Source of the DNA: Actinomycetota bacterium
Lineage (GTDB): Bacteria; Actinomycetota; Coriobacteriia; Anaerosomatales; SLCP01
NCBI GenBank assembly: GCA_037446725.1
Contig: JBBIIC010000009.1
Coordinates: 3,712 to 67,711 of the forward strand
Direction: 5' to 3'
DNA: 64,000 bases
The notes under the pieces were generated by a model, which searched no databases, was not told the origin of the DNA, and worked only from the letters and a program-made list of their open reading frames with translations. Positions 31,269 through 40,896 of the stretch are shown piece after piece (position 1 is the stretch's first letter; every line of letters begins with the position of its first letter). Position numbers and translations under genes: made by a program.

Positions 31269-33338
31269 ATGCACTTGGGCGCACCTGCAACTGACAAGGT
31301 CAGAAACGTCGTGCTCGTCGGCCACGGGGGATCGGGGAAGACATCGCTTGCCGAGGCCATACTGCACATCGCCGGCGTGACGCACCGGCTCGGCAGCGTT
31401 GACGACGAGCACTCGAACCTCGATTACGACCCCGAGGAGATTCGCCGCAAGAGCTCCATCAGCCTCGCGCTGGCCCCCGTGGTGCACGACGGAGTCAAGA
31501 TCAACATCATCGACACCCCCGGCTACGCCGACTTCCTCGGGGACGCGGTAGCCGGTATGGCGGCCGCGGAGATGGCCCTGTTCGTGGTGGACGCTGTCGC
31601 CGGTCCGCAGGTGCAGACCGAACGGCTGTGGCGCATCGCCGGTCAGATGGGCATCGCGCGTGCGGTCATCATCAACCGGATGGACAAGGAGAACGCCAGT
31701 TTCGATGGCGTCATGGCGAGCCTTGACGAGAAGTTCGGCCACCGGGTCGGTCCCGTCCAGATCCCGATGGGCGCCGAGTCGGACTTCCGCGGCGTCATCG
31801 ACGTGATCCGCATGAAGGCTTACCACCACGAGGGTGACAAGGAAGAGGTGAGCGACATCCCCGAGGACCTTCGGCCTGCGGCCGAGGCGGCCCGGGAGAA
31901 GCTCACCGAACTCGTCGCCGAAGCGGACGATGAGCTCATGGAGAAGTACCTCCTCGAGGGCGAGCGCCTCACCCAAGAGGAGCTCGAGATGCTCCTCGAC
32001 AAGGCCATCTACCAGGGCATCTTCATCCCCGTGTTCGTGGCGTCCGCTACCGCACTGCACGGCGTGGAGGACCTGCTCGATGAGATCGTGTCCTTCTTCC
32101 CGCAGCCGACCGCCCACGGTCCCATAGCCACCGTCGACGGCGGCGAACGCGAGGTCAGCATCGAGGGCGCCACCTCGGCATTCGTCTTCAAGACCGTCTC
32201 GGACCCCTACATCGGGCGCCTCAACTACGTGAAGGTCGTCTCCGGGACGCTGACGCCGAACACCGAGCTCGTCAACTCCCGTACCGGCAAGAAGGAGCGC
32301 GTCGGTCACGTGTACAAGGTCATCGGCAAGGACGCGACCGACGTCCAGGCGGTTCCCGCGGGCGACATCGCGGTCCTGCCGAAGCTCTCAGACACGATCA
32401 CCGGCGACACGCTCTCGGCCGACGGCTCGGTCGCATTCGCGCCGCTGCCGCTGCCCGAGCCCCTGTACCCCGTCGCGATCCAGGCCAAGACGAAGGCTGA
32501 CGAGGACAAGCTCGGCACGGCGCTCAACAAGCTGGTGGAAGAGGAGCCGACCCTCCACCTCAAGCGTGACGAAGAGACGCACCAGACGGTCCTTTCCGGT
32601 CTGGGAGACGTGCAGATCGACGTGGCCCTTGCGCACTTGCGCGACCGGTACCACGTCGAAGCGGAGACTATCGACATCCGGATCCCCTACCGTGAGACGA
32701 TCCGCAAGAGCGCGAGCGCCCAGGGCCGCCACAAGAAGCAGACCGGCGGTTCGGGACAGTTCGGTGACTGCTGGCTACGCCTCGAGCCGAACCCCGGCAA
32801 GGGTTACGAGTTCATCGACGAGATCGTCGGCGGCAAGATACCGAGACAGTTCATTCCTCACGTAGACAAGGGCATCCAGGACACAATGGCCCACGGAGTC
32901 CTTGCGGGCTATCCGGTCGTCGATGTCAAGGCAGCGGTCTACGACGGCTCCTATCACTCGGTCGACAGCTCGGAGATCGCGTTCAAGACGGCGGCTCGTA
33001 TCGCGTTCCGCGCCGCCGCAGAGAAGGCCGACATCGCACTGCTCGAGCCGATCGCCACTCTCGAGATCGAGGTGCCCGACGAGTACGCGGGTGCGGTCAT
33101 GGGCGACGTCAGCTCGATGCGAGGCCGGATTCTCGGCATGGACTCCCCTGAGGCGGGCGTCCAGACCATCAAGGCGCAGGCGCCCTACGCCGAGGTCGTC
33201 CACTACTCGCCGCACCTCCGCTCAATCACGAGCGGCACCGGGACATACACCATCTCGGTCGACGAGTACGCCGAGGTTCCGTTCGACATGGCGAAGAAGA
33301 TCGTCGAGCAGGCGAAAGCGGAAAAGGAGTCATCCTAG
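31269..33338 (+). CDS. Elongation factor G paralogue (EF-G2-like)
   Basis: GHGGSGKT, DTPGYADF, KKQTGGSGQFG, DGSYHSVDSS; lacks the canonical RGITI; strong AAGGAGG RBS. Confidence 0.9.
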   Translation: MHLGAPATDKVRNVVLVGHGGSGKTSLAEAILHIAGVTHRLGSVDDEHSNLDYDPEEIRRKSSISLALAPVVHDGVKINIIDTPGYADFLGDAVAGMAAAEMALFVVDAVAGPQVQTERLWRIAGQMGIARAVIINRMDKENASFDGVMASLDEKFGHRVGPVQIPMGAESDFRGVIDVIRMKAYHHEGDKEEVSDIPEDLRPAAEAAREKLTELVAEADDELMEKYLLEGERLTQEELEMLLDKAIYQGIFIPVFVASATALHGVEDLLDEIVSFFPQPTAHGPIATVDGGEREVSIEGATSAFVFKTVSDPYIGRLNYVKVVSGTLTPNTELVNSRTGKKERVGHVYKVIGKDATDVQAVPAGDIAVLPKLSDTITGDTLSADGSVAFAPLPLPEPLYPVAIQAKTKADEDKLGTALNKLVEEEPTLHLKRDEETHQTVLSGLGDVQIDVALAHLRDRYHVEAETIDIRIPYRETIRKSASAQGRHKKQTGGSGQFGDCWLRLEPNPGKGYEFIDEIVGGKIPRQFIPHVDKGIQDTMAHGVLAGYPVVDVKAAVYDGSYHSVDSSEIAFKTAARIAFRAAAEKADIALLEPIATLEIEVPDEYAGAVMGDVSSMRGRILGMDSPEAGVQTIKAQAPYAEVVHYSPHLRSITSGTGTYTISVDEYAEVPFDMAKKIVEQAKAEKESS

Positions 33339-33348
33339 CTGCGACACG

Positions 33349-33378
33349 CACGCGGCCCGGCATACGCCGGGCCGCGTG
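33349..33378. terminator. Hairpin between convergent EF-G2 and tRNA-Arg
   Basis: CACGCGGCCCGGC-ATAC-GCCGGGCCGCGTG, a perfect 13-bp stem. Confidence 0.7.
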
Positions 33379-33389
33379 GTGTGATCCGA

Positions 33390-33465
33390 TGGTGCCCTCG
33401 ACAGGATTCGAACCTGTGGCCTTCTGCTCCGGAGGCAGACGCTCTATCCACTGAGCTACGAGGGC
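33390..33465 (-). tRNA. tRNA-Arg(CCG)
   Basis: GCCCTCGTAGCTCAGTGGATAGAGCG TCTGC-CTCCGGA-GCAGA ...GGTTCGAATCC...GAGGGCACCA. Confidence 0.97.
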
Positions 33466-33539
33466 GAGCGCACCGCACTCTACCATACCGACAGCGACGT
33501 CACTAGGGCCGGAGCGAGCCCGAACAGGAAGGCGGCGGG

Positions 33540-34442
33540 GTGCTCGGACAGGTGCTTCTCATCGTCAATCCCGCGGCACGCCACGGTGTGACCGCGGAGC
33601 TCGTCCCCTTCGTCACCGGGCTCCTCGACGGGCAGATCGACTACGAGCTGGTCCTCACCGAGGGACCGGGGCACGCCACTGTGCTCGCCCGGGAAGCATC
33701 GGCTGTTGACACGGTCGTTGCCGTCGGCGGTGACGGGACCGTCTTCGAGGTGCTTAACGGCCTGATGCAGATCCCTCGCGACGAGCGTCCCGCCCTCGCG
33801 CTCCTCCCCACCGGCTCCGGCAACGATTACCGGCGAACGCTCGGCATCTCGACCGATCTGGCCACAGCGGCACGTCAGCTCATCGGCGGGGTCCGCACGT
33901 CACGGGATGTCGGCGTCGTGAACGACGAGTACTTCGCGAACTCAGTCGCTGTCGGGCTCGACGCCCGCGTCACAGCCAAGGCCGTCGAACTCAAGGCTCG
34001 AACCGGGTGGTCCGGCATGATGCTCTACATGCGCGCCCTGTTCGTCGTCCTCTTCCGGCAGTTCCACTCTCATCCCGTGTTGCTCGGTATCGACGGGAGC
34101 GCTCCGGTCGAGCGCCACCTGCTGCTCATAGCGGCGACCAATGGACCGACGTACGGCGGGGGGTTCAAGATCACCCCCAACGCGAGACCCGACGACGGCC
34201 TGTTGGACATCTGCGTGATCGACAGGGTGACCCTCCTCGGCGCACTGCTGCGACTACCGTTCGTGGTCGTCGGTCATCACGGATGGATGAAGCCGGTGAA
34301 GCTCGAGCGCCACGCCTCGGTCCTCATCGAGTCGGAAGTGCCGATCGAGGGCCAGATCGACGGCGAAGTCACGCTCGCCTCCACCTATGAGATCTCGGTC
34401 CTCCCCGACGCGCTCGACGTCATCGTGCCCGGGAGGTGGTAG
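33540..34442 (+). CDS. Diacylglycerol/lipid kinase family protein
   Basis: IVNPAA, GGDGT, LPTGSGNDY, YGGG, QIDGE. Confidence 0.92.
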   Translation: MLGQVLLIVNPAARHGVTAELVPFVTGLLDGQIDYELVLTEGPGHATVLAREASAVDTVVAVGGDGTVFEVLNGLMQIPRDERPALALLPTGSGNDYRRTLGISTDLATAARQLIGGVRTSRDVGVVNDEYFANSVAVGLDARVTAKAVELKARTGWSGMMLYMRALFVVLFRQFHSHPVLLGIDGSAPVERHLLLIAATNGPTYGGGFKITPNARPDDGLLDICVIDRVTLLGALLRLPFVVVGHHGWMKPVKLERHASVLIESEVPIEGQIDGEVTLASTYEISVLPDALDVIVPGRW

Positions 34443-35236
34443 GGGTGACACTGGTCTCGCTCGTCGAGCAGAGCATCGCGATGCGGATGTCGCTCCTGAC
34501 GTTCGTTCAGGAGGTCGGTGTCGGGCAGTTGTACGCTCTCCTGTGGCCTGTCGCTGTCATGTTCGTCGGAGCCTACCTCATCGGGTCCATCCCATTCGCC
34601 TACATCATCGTCAAGGCCGTCGCGGGTGAAGACATAACCGACCACGGAACCGGCAACGTGGGCGCCATGAACGTCAGGCGCACGACCGGCTCGTGGGGCT
34701 GGTTCGTCGTCGCCATGCTCGCCGACGCACTGAAGGGCTTCGTGCCCACCCTGGCCGCCGTGACCGTCCCACTGACGCTCATCGACCCCGCGCTGCCCGC
34801 AGGCGGTGCCCTCTGGAGCGGACAGGCCGCGCCGTTCGCCGCCGCTGCGCTCTACGGACCCCAGGCGGTCGTGCTCGGCGCGGTGGTGGGCCACAACTAC
34901 TCGCTGTGGCTCTCGCTCGCGAAGCGACGCTGGCTCGGCGGGAAGGGCCTCGCCACCGGCGGAGGCGCGCTCCTCGCGTACAACTGGCAGTACTTCCTCA
35001 TCGTCGTCGGTGTGGGGCTCGCGGTCATCGCGCTCACCCGGTACATGATGGCGGGGCAGGTAAGCGCCGCGCTCTCCCTACCCGCGTACACGCTTCTCAC
35101 CGGCCAACCCGACACCCTGTTCGTCGTGGTGCTGGGCGGACTCGTCTACCTGAGGCATCACCGGCGTTTCGTCGGGCTCATCAAGGGGCGTGAGCCGAAA
35201 CTCTACGTCGAGGACGGTATGGGTCCGCGAGGCTGA
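34436..35236 (+). CDS. plsY: Glycerol-3-phosphate acyltransferase PlsY (start uncertain)
   Basis: YLIGSIP, GTGNVGAMN, DALKG, GHNY, GGKGLAT, RH. Confidence 0.85.
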   Translation: MVGVTLVSLVEQSIAMRMSLLTFVQEVGVGQLYALLWPVAVMFVGAYLIGSIPFAYIIVKAVAGEDITDHGTGNVGAMNVRRTTGSWGWFVVAMLADALKGFVPTLAAVTVPLTLIDPALPAGGALWSGQAAPFAAAALYGPQAVVLGAVVGHNYSLWLSLAKRRWLGGKGLATGGGALLAYNWQYFLIVVGVGLAVIALTRYMMAGQVSAALSLPAYTLLTGQPDTLFVVVLGGLVYLRHHRRFVGLIKGREPKLYVEDGMGPRG

Positions 35237-35267
35237 TGCGTTGCTCCGGCCGTCAGTGCTGGCAGCA

Positions 35268-35294
35268 CGAAGGCCGGCACACGGCCGGCCTTCG
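35268..35294. terminator. Hairpin between convergent plsY and ferredoxin
   Basis: CGAAGGCCGGC-N5-GCCGGCCTTCG. Confidence 0.6.
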
Positions 35295-35315
35295 CAGAAT
35301 GCATGTCGCACGACA

Positions 35316-35489
35316 CTACATCGAGATCGCTTCGCTCGGGCACGCGTCGACGCAGATGCCGCACTCGGTGCAGTCGTCCGGCCGCGCGAGAACGGCGACG
35401 TCCTCGAGGTCGTAGCAGCTCTGCGGGCACTCGTCCACGCAGATGCCGCATGCGGTGCAGAGGTTCGAGTCGACGACGGGAATTGCCAT
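35316..35489 (-). CDS. 2x[4Fe-4S] ferredoxin
   Basis: 57 aa with two CxxCxxCxxxCP motifs; AAGGA RBS. Confidence 0.92.
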   Translation of the reverse strand: MAIPVVDSNLCTACGICVDECPQSCYDLEDVAVLARPDDCTECGICVDACPSEAISM

Positions 35490-35565
35490 GCCTGGTTCCT
35501 TTCTCCGGTGAAGCCTGCGCCCCTCAGGGTGGCGCCATGATAGCACGCACCGGAGCGGGGCCACA

Positions 35566-37131
35566 CTACAGCACTGTCGCCGCGATCTCGGCGGGACTCC
35601 AGAGGCAGAACGGATAGGTACGGTCGGTCAACACCTGTGCTTCGCCCACCTGGCGTTCGAGAGCGGCCCTTCGTGCGCGAAGCTCGATCGCGAGCGGTTC
35701 GACCAGTGCCCCCAGCTGTTCGTTCACTGCGCGGATCCGCAGGCCCAGCGCCTTGCGGTCCGCGCCGGTGGCGGAGATCGCCTCGACGAGGGCGCGCTTC
35801 TCCTCGGCAAGCGCAAGGGCCTCGCGCCGCTCCTCGCTCGACGCGAACTCCAGCTCGCCGAGCATCTCGTCGGGGTTGTGGGCTACGCGATGCAGCTGGC
35901 GATCCATCTCCGCGAGATCCTCCTTCCGGACCGCCACGGCCCCGAGCGGGAGATACATCGTGAGCGACGCGACGGAATGCGGGGGAAGCGTCACCCCCCA
36001 CCAGCGCTCAGCCAGAGCGTCCGTGATGCGGTCGTAGCGGTCGCCGCCGACCCCGTGGATGAACAGGTCCGCAACGAACGCACGCACGAAGAGCGTCAGC
36101 GTCACCGCGCGGGGCACCAGGAGTGCCCCCGACGCGGCGAGGGCGGCCGCCGCTTCTGCTGGGGTGGGCGGCAGCTTCGTCACCGTCCCGCCGTTCGAAC
36201 GGAGCGTGACCTCCTCTCCCGTTTTCTCGACGAACACCGGCCTTCTGCTCTGCGCCTCAAGCACCCAGAAGGGCACCTCGACCCGGCCGCCCGCTACCTC
36301 GAGGTCGGGGAACGGCTGCGCCGCCGAGCGGACCCGGTGGAGCGTCCGGTACTCGGCGAGCTCGGCGTTGTAGGCGCCCGCGAAGCGCTCGGCGTCCAGC
36401 AGGATGTCCACCGCGTATGACCGGAACGAATCGGTCGCCGAAAGCGCGGTGACCGGCAGCTCGAGGTAGCCGGTGAGGTTCCCTTCGAATCGGCGCCGTG
36501 CTCCCGTGACGAGTTCGGCCAGCGAGCGACTGTGAGGCACCGAGGCCCTCATCGCCTCACAGAACGCCGCGAAGTGCCGCCCGATGGCTGGTGTAGGGAG
36601 CGTCTCCAGCACGGCGGCGGTCGCCGAACAGAAGTCCTCGATACGGGCGGCGGAAGGCACGGGGGTGCACGCGTAGCACGAGTCGCTGCGTCCCTCCGCA
36701 AGGTACTGACGCCAGCGCGTGACGCCCGGGACCAGGCATGGCGCGGTCATCCCGACCCCGTCGAAACCATCGGTATCCACAACGATGTCGAGACCGGTGC
36801 CACCGGTCTCGCGCGCGAGCCTCTCCACGAGGAAGTCCTTGACCCACACGCCCGCGTGAAACAGATCGGGCTGGTGTCCGGTAACGATGAGCGGACCTGC
36901 GCCCGGCGGACGGGCGGCGAGACCCATGCGATCGGTGGAGCGGGCCGCGCACTCCAGCAGTTCTCGCCGAGCCCGTGCGCGCAGATTGCCCGCTGCCACG
37001 CCTGCGATGCGGAAGTCCCACTCCGCGAGGGCCCGCTCGTTCGCACGCGCAAGCTCCGCCCATTCGTCGAGAGGCGGACGAACGACCAGTTCGCCGTGAC
37101 CCGATGGCATGGAAGCTCTCGCACGCATCAC
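35566..37131 (-). CDS. Uncharacterised protein, remote BshC-like
   Basis: IVTGHQPDLFHAG resembles the BshC TGQQ motif; DTDGFD, FIHGVGGDRYD, C-terminal coiled coil; follows a BshB1-like gene. Confidence 0.55.
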   Translation of the reverse strand: MMRARASMPSGHGELVVRPPLDEWAELARANERALAEWDFRIAGVAAGNLRARARRELLECAARSTDRMGLAARPPGAGPLIVTGHQPDLFHAGVWVKDFLVERLARETGGTGLDIVVDTDGFDGVGMTAPCLVPGVTRWRQYLAEGRSDSCYACTPVPSAARIEDFCSATAAVLETLPTPAIGRHFAAFCEAMRASVPHSRSLAELVTGARRRFEGNLTGYLELPVTALSATDSFRSYAVDILLDAERFAGAYNAELAEYRTLHRVRSAAQPFPDLEVAGGRVEVPFWVLEAQSRRPVFVEKTGEEVTLRSNGGTVTKLPPTPAEAAAALAASGALLVPRAVTLTLFVRAFVADLFIHGVGGDRYDRITDALAERWWGVTLPPHSVASLTMYLPLGAVAVRKEDLAEMDRQLHRVAHNPDEMLGELEFASSEERREALALAEEKRALVEAISATGADRKALGLRIRAVNEQLGALVEPLAIELRARRAALERQVGEAQVLTDRTYPFCLWSPAEIAATVL

Positions 37132-37138
37132 CGAGGCC

Positions 37139-37822
37139 CTAGACCAACGCGTCTACGGAGCGGATACCGACGGGCTCATCGGAGAAGAACGGCTCTGCCG
37201 CAGCGGTGCCAATCGTCCCGCCCCACATGCGGGCAACGCCCTCCATCACCTCGACCAGACCCGCGTTCGCGGGATTCGCCGAGAACTGCGACCGATACGC
37301 ACGCAAGGCTTCGAGCTTGGTGTCGAGGTCTTCACTCACGTCCACGACGAACGAGGGCTCCCGAACCAGCCGGAGGTGGACGGCCATGTAGCGGTACGCT
37401 CTCGCAGGGTAGTGGGGCTCCCCAGACATCTCGGTCTTGGTGAGTTTCGACCAGAACCGTGCTGCCTGGACGACCTGAGAGGCCGCGATGTGATCGGGAT
37501 GTGCGTCGACCGGATACGGACCGAAGACCACGCGAGGCCTGAGCTCCCTGAGAACCTCCGCAAGCGCGGTACGCGCTTCAACGGTGTCGAACAACCGGCG
37601 GTTCGGCAGGTCGAGGATCCTTCTCTCGTGCACGCCGAGGATCCGCGCCGCCTCGGCGGCCTCCGACAGTCGCGTCTCGCGGCTACCGGCGGGAGTCGGC
37701 TCCCCGTCGGTGAGGTCGACGATGGCGACCGACAGGCCCCGCCGGGTCATGCCGGCGATCGTGCCGCCCATGCCGATCTCGACATCGTCGGGATGCGCGC
37801 CGACGCATACGACATCCGTCAC
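37139..37822 (-). CDS. bshB1: PIG-L family de-N-acetylase (BshB1-like)
   Basis: GAHPDDVE, DLTDGE, R..EA..AARILG, HPDH, AYRSQF, AEPF; GTG overlaps the GT2 stop. Confidence 0.85.
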   Translation of the reverse strand: MTDVVCVGAHPDDVEIGMGGTIAGMTRRGLSVAIVDLTDGEPTPAGSRETRLSEAAEAARILGVHERRILDLPNRRLFDTVEARTALAEVLRELRPRVVFGPYPVDAHPDHIAASQVVQAARFWSKLTKTEMSGEPHYPARAYRYMAVHLRLVREPSFVVDVSEDLDTKLEALRAYRSQFSANPANAGLVEVMEGVARMWGGTIGTAAAEPFFSDEPVGIRSVDALV

Positions 37823-38532
37823 GACAATCGAGCCTCCTCCGCTTCCAACGCTCGTTTCCACACGCGCATGTAGTAGCCGAAGCGGTGCTCGGGGTCGTCG
37901 AGCGCCGCGCCGAAGGAGCGGTCGCGATCACAGTAGATCCGTTCGACCGGAAGCTCCTTGACGAGGAGCCCGAGCCGGTGGGCCTTGGCCCACAACTCGA
38001 CCGGCATCCCGTAGCCCGCCTCGGTGAGCTCGATCGTATCGAGTGCAGCCATCCGGTATGCCTTGAACCCGCAGAACGAATCGGTCAACCCCCACCCGGT
38101 CACCCGATTGATCTCTGTGGTCACCCGCTGGTTGACCTCCTGTCGGTCCCCCGGGGCGATCATCCCGACCTCGGCGCTCTGGGGCAGATAGCGGCTCCCC
38201 GAGACGATGTCCCAGCCCTCGTCGACCGTGGCGAGGAACCGGGGGATATGAGCCGGCTCGTGCTGGCCGTCGCAGTCCATCGTCAGCACCCGCTCGCACC
38301 CGCGTGCCCGTGCGACCGAGAACCCCTCGGCAAGCGCACGCCCGTAGCCCATGTTGTAGGGATGCGTGATGACCGACACGTCATGGCGTGCCGCAAGGGC
38401 GGCGACCGTGTCGTCCGTCGAGCCGTCATCAACGACGAGAATGTCGCCGTGAAAATAGCGGCGCACGGCGTCGAGGACCGAATCGACGGTGGCTTCTTCA
38501 TTGTAGACAGGCAACAAGACCGCGTCGGCCAT
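37819..38532 (-). CDS. Glycosyltransferase family 2 (DPM1/polyprenol-phosphate GT-like)
   Basis: LPVYNEE, VVDDGSTD, NMGYG, TMDCDGQH, IVSGSRY, DSFCGFKAY. Confidence 0.9.
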   Translation of the reverse strand: MADAVLLPVYNEEATVDSVLDAVRRYFHGDILVVDDGSTDDTVAALAARHDVSVITHPYNMGYGRALAEGFSVARARGCERVLTMDCDGQHEPAHIPRFLATVDEGWDIVSGSRYLPQSAEVGMIAPGDRQEVNQRVTTEINRVTGWGLTDSFCGFKAYRMAALDTIELTEAGYGMPVELWAKAHRLGLLVKELPVERIYCDRDRSFGAALDDPEHRFGYYMRVWKRALEAEEARLS

Positions 38533-38543
38533 CGCGGAAAGTC

Positions 38544-38990
38544 CTATCTCGCCGGAGTACCCGGTACGGGAGACTCTCGGACCTCGAACGAGGTCACCGT
38601 CCGAACCTGGGGGCCGAGCATACCACCCACCGAGCAGTACTTCTCCTCGGAAAGCTCTATCGAGCGGCGGACCGCCTCCTCGGACACGCCGATGCCCGTG
38701 ACGATGTAGTGGAGCCGGATCTCTGTGTAGATCTTCGGGTACTCGTCGGTGCGCTGGTCGCCCTCGACGACGATCTCAATCCCCCGGACGTCCTGGCGCT
38801 TCTTCTCGAGGATGGAGATCACGTCCATGGCGGTGCAGCCTGCGATCCCATAGAGCACGAGTTCGATGGGGCGCGCGCCGGTCCCCTCGCCCCGGTACTC
38901 GGGACGGGCATCCATCACGATGCCGTGACCCGCCTCGTCCCATCCCACGAACTGCCGGTTGCTCGTCCAACGAACGTGAACCTTGTCCAT
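38544..38990 (-). CDS. OsmC/YhfA family protein
   Basis: RPIELVL.GIAGCTAMDV...KYCSV, a two-Cys motif. Confidence 0.9.
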   Translation of the reverse strand: MDKVHVRWTSNRQFVGWDEAGHGIVMDARPEYRGEGTGARPIELVLYGIAGCTAMDVISILEKKRQDVRGIEIVVEGDQRTDEYPKIYTEIRLHYIVTGIGVSEEAVRRSIELSEEKYCSVGGMLGPQVRTVTSFEVRESPVPGTPAR

Positions 38991-39052
38991 ACACCGCGCC
39001 TCTCCGCAGGGGCCACGTACTGCGGTGTATGTACCCCTCGACGAGGTCCGTC

Positions 39053-40732
39053 CTAGATGCGACGGCCGACCATCTGCGCCAGTTCGCGCGGGTTCTGCGC
39101 CTTGCTGATGGCCTCGTTGAACGTGACCCTCCCGGCCTGCAGAAGCGTCTTCAGGCTCTGGTCGAGCGTCTGCATGCCGAGAGATGCGCCGCCCTGGATG
39201 ATCGTCGGCATCTGGTGTGTCTTGCCCTCGCGGATCAGGTTCGATATCGCGGGGATGCCGAGCATGACCTCCATTGCCATCACACGGGACCTGCCGTCAG
39301 TCGACCGCAGGAGAACCTGCGAGAGCACGCCCTCGAGGGTCCCCGACAACTGCATTCGGACCTGCTGCTGCTGGTGCGGCGGAAAGACGTCGATGATGCG
39401 GTCGACCGTGGCAGGTCCACCCGTGGTGTGAAGCGTCGCGAGCACGAGGTGCCCGGTCTCGGCCGCGGTGATCGCGGCGGAGATGGTCTCGAGGTCACGC
39501 ATCTCGCCGACGAGGATGACATCGGGGTCCTGTCGCAGAACACGCTTCAGGGCCGCAGCGAACGAGTGCGTGTCCTCGCCCACCTCCCGCTGGTTCACGT
39601 ACGCCCTCTTGTTCCGGTGCATGAACTCGATCGGGTCCTCGAGCGTGACGATGTGCAGCGGCCGCTCCTCGTTGATGTGGTCGATCATCGCTGCGAGCGT
39701 CGTGGACTTGCCCGAGCCCGTCGGCCCCGTCACCAACACCAGGCCGCGGGGCCGATCGGCGAGGAACCTGCAGACCTTCGGGAGTGAGAGTTCCTCCAGC
39801 GTGGGGATCGCGATCGGGATAACGCGGAACACCGCGCCCATCGAGTTGCGCTGCTGGAAGACGTTCGCGCGGAAGCGCGAAACCCCGGGGATACTGTAGG
39901 CGAAGTCCAGTTCGAGCTCGGTCTCGAAGCGCCTGCGCTGCTCTTCGGAGAGTAGGTTCAGGATCATTTCCATTGTGTCGCGCTGCTGCAGCGGCTTGGC
40001 GTTCTCAAGCGGGACGATCTCGCCGCGCAGGCGCAGACCCGGAGGGCTACCGACCGTCAGGTGCAGGTCGCTTCCGCCCCGATCGATGAGGATCCGCAAC
40101 AGATCGTCGATGTGCGGGTTGTCCGATGCCGGCGGAGCATCCCGTCTGACGGCCACGTCCGGCACGTACTCCTGGCACGCGGCCGGGCCCGCGGGGACCT
40201 CAGCCGGACGCAGGAAGGGTGATTCCTCGGCACCAGCGGCGACGGGAGCCGGTCCGCTGGGGCCGGACAAGACTCCCGGAGGGCTCGAGGCGACGCTTGC
40301 AGCAACAGCGCCCACCCCGACCTCGACCGCAACCGGCTCCGGAACGGGAGCACTCCCTGCTGCGGCCAGAGATACGACCTTTGTGCAGATGGTCTCGACA
40401 GGTCCGGACGCGGGCAGATGCGCCGCTGCACCGGCCTGGCGGGCCCGCAGGGCCGAGGCCTCCGTCGGGTTCTGCGAGACGATCACCACGGGCACGGCGC
40501 ACGTCTCGGGCTGTTCCTTGAGCTGCTCGGTAAGCGCGTACCCGTCGATACCGACGAGATCTGCGTCGACGACGATGACGTCCGGCCTCTGCGTGGACAT
40601 GATGCCGAGTGCGCGGGGCCCCGAGATCGCACTCACGACCTCCATGCCCGCTCCGCTCGCGGCGATCGATGCCCGCAGCTGATCGACCAGCGCGGCGTCG
40701 TCGTGGACGATGAGCACCTTCTTGGACGCCAT
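39053..40732 (-). CDS. pilT: PilT/PilU family ATPase with N-terminal receiver-like domain
   Basis: SDLHL, GPTGSGKSTT, TLEDPIE, QREVG, LRQDPD, ETGHLVLATLH, AISNLIRE, GMQTLDQ; REC-like N-terminus. Confidence 0.9.
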   Translation of the reverse strand: MASKKVLIVHDDAALVDQLRASIAASGAGMEVVSAISGPRALGIMSTQRPDVIVVDADLVGIDGYALTEQLKEQPETCAVPVVIVSQNPTEASALRARQAGAAAHLPASGPVETICTKVVSLAAAGSAPVPEPVAVEVGVGAVAASVASSPPGVLSGPSGPAPVAAGAEESPFLRPAEVPAGPAACQEYVPDVAVRRDAPPASDNPHIDDLLRILIDRGGSDLHLTVGSPPGLRLRGEIVPLENAKPLQQRDTMEMILNLLSEEQRRRFETELELDFAYSIPGVSRFRANVFQQRNSMGAVFRVIPIAIPTLEELSLPKVCRFLADRPRGLVLVTGPTGSGKSTTLAAMIDHINEERPLHIVTLEDPIEFMHRNKRAYVNQREVGEDTHSFAAALKRVLRQDPDVILVGEMRDLETISAAITAAETGHLVLATLHTTGGPATVDRIIDVFPPHQQQQVRMQLSGTLEGVLSQVLLRSTDGRSRVMAMEVMLGIPAISNLIREGKTHQMPTIIQGGASLGMQTLDQSLKTLLQAGRVTFNEAISKAQNPRELAQMVGRRI

Positions 40733-40896
40733 GACCCGGGACCTCCTCCTCGGGGCCACACCACATGCTGCGGCCCCCTCTACCGTGGCTTCCTCGAGTA
40801 TCGGCATCATGCGACGGATGCTTCAGTCCCACACCCCGACCACGCCCGTGACCACGTGCGCTACGATGTTCGCAGCCGCGGCCGAAAGGACTCCAC

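Noticed and set aside
31077-33338. Canonical fusA, and the 753-aa extended start
   Set aside because: It lacks RGITI and the str-operon context, so it is an ordinary EF-G2 paralogue. The RBS supports a start at about 31269.
33390-35236. tRNA-Arg as an integration site
   Set aside because: It is flanked by housekeeping genes, with no integrase, att duplication or compositional shift visible.
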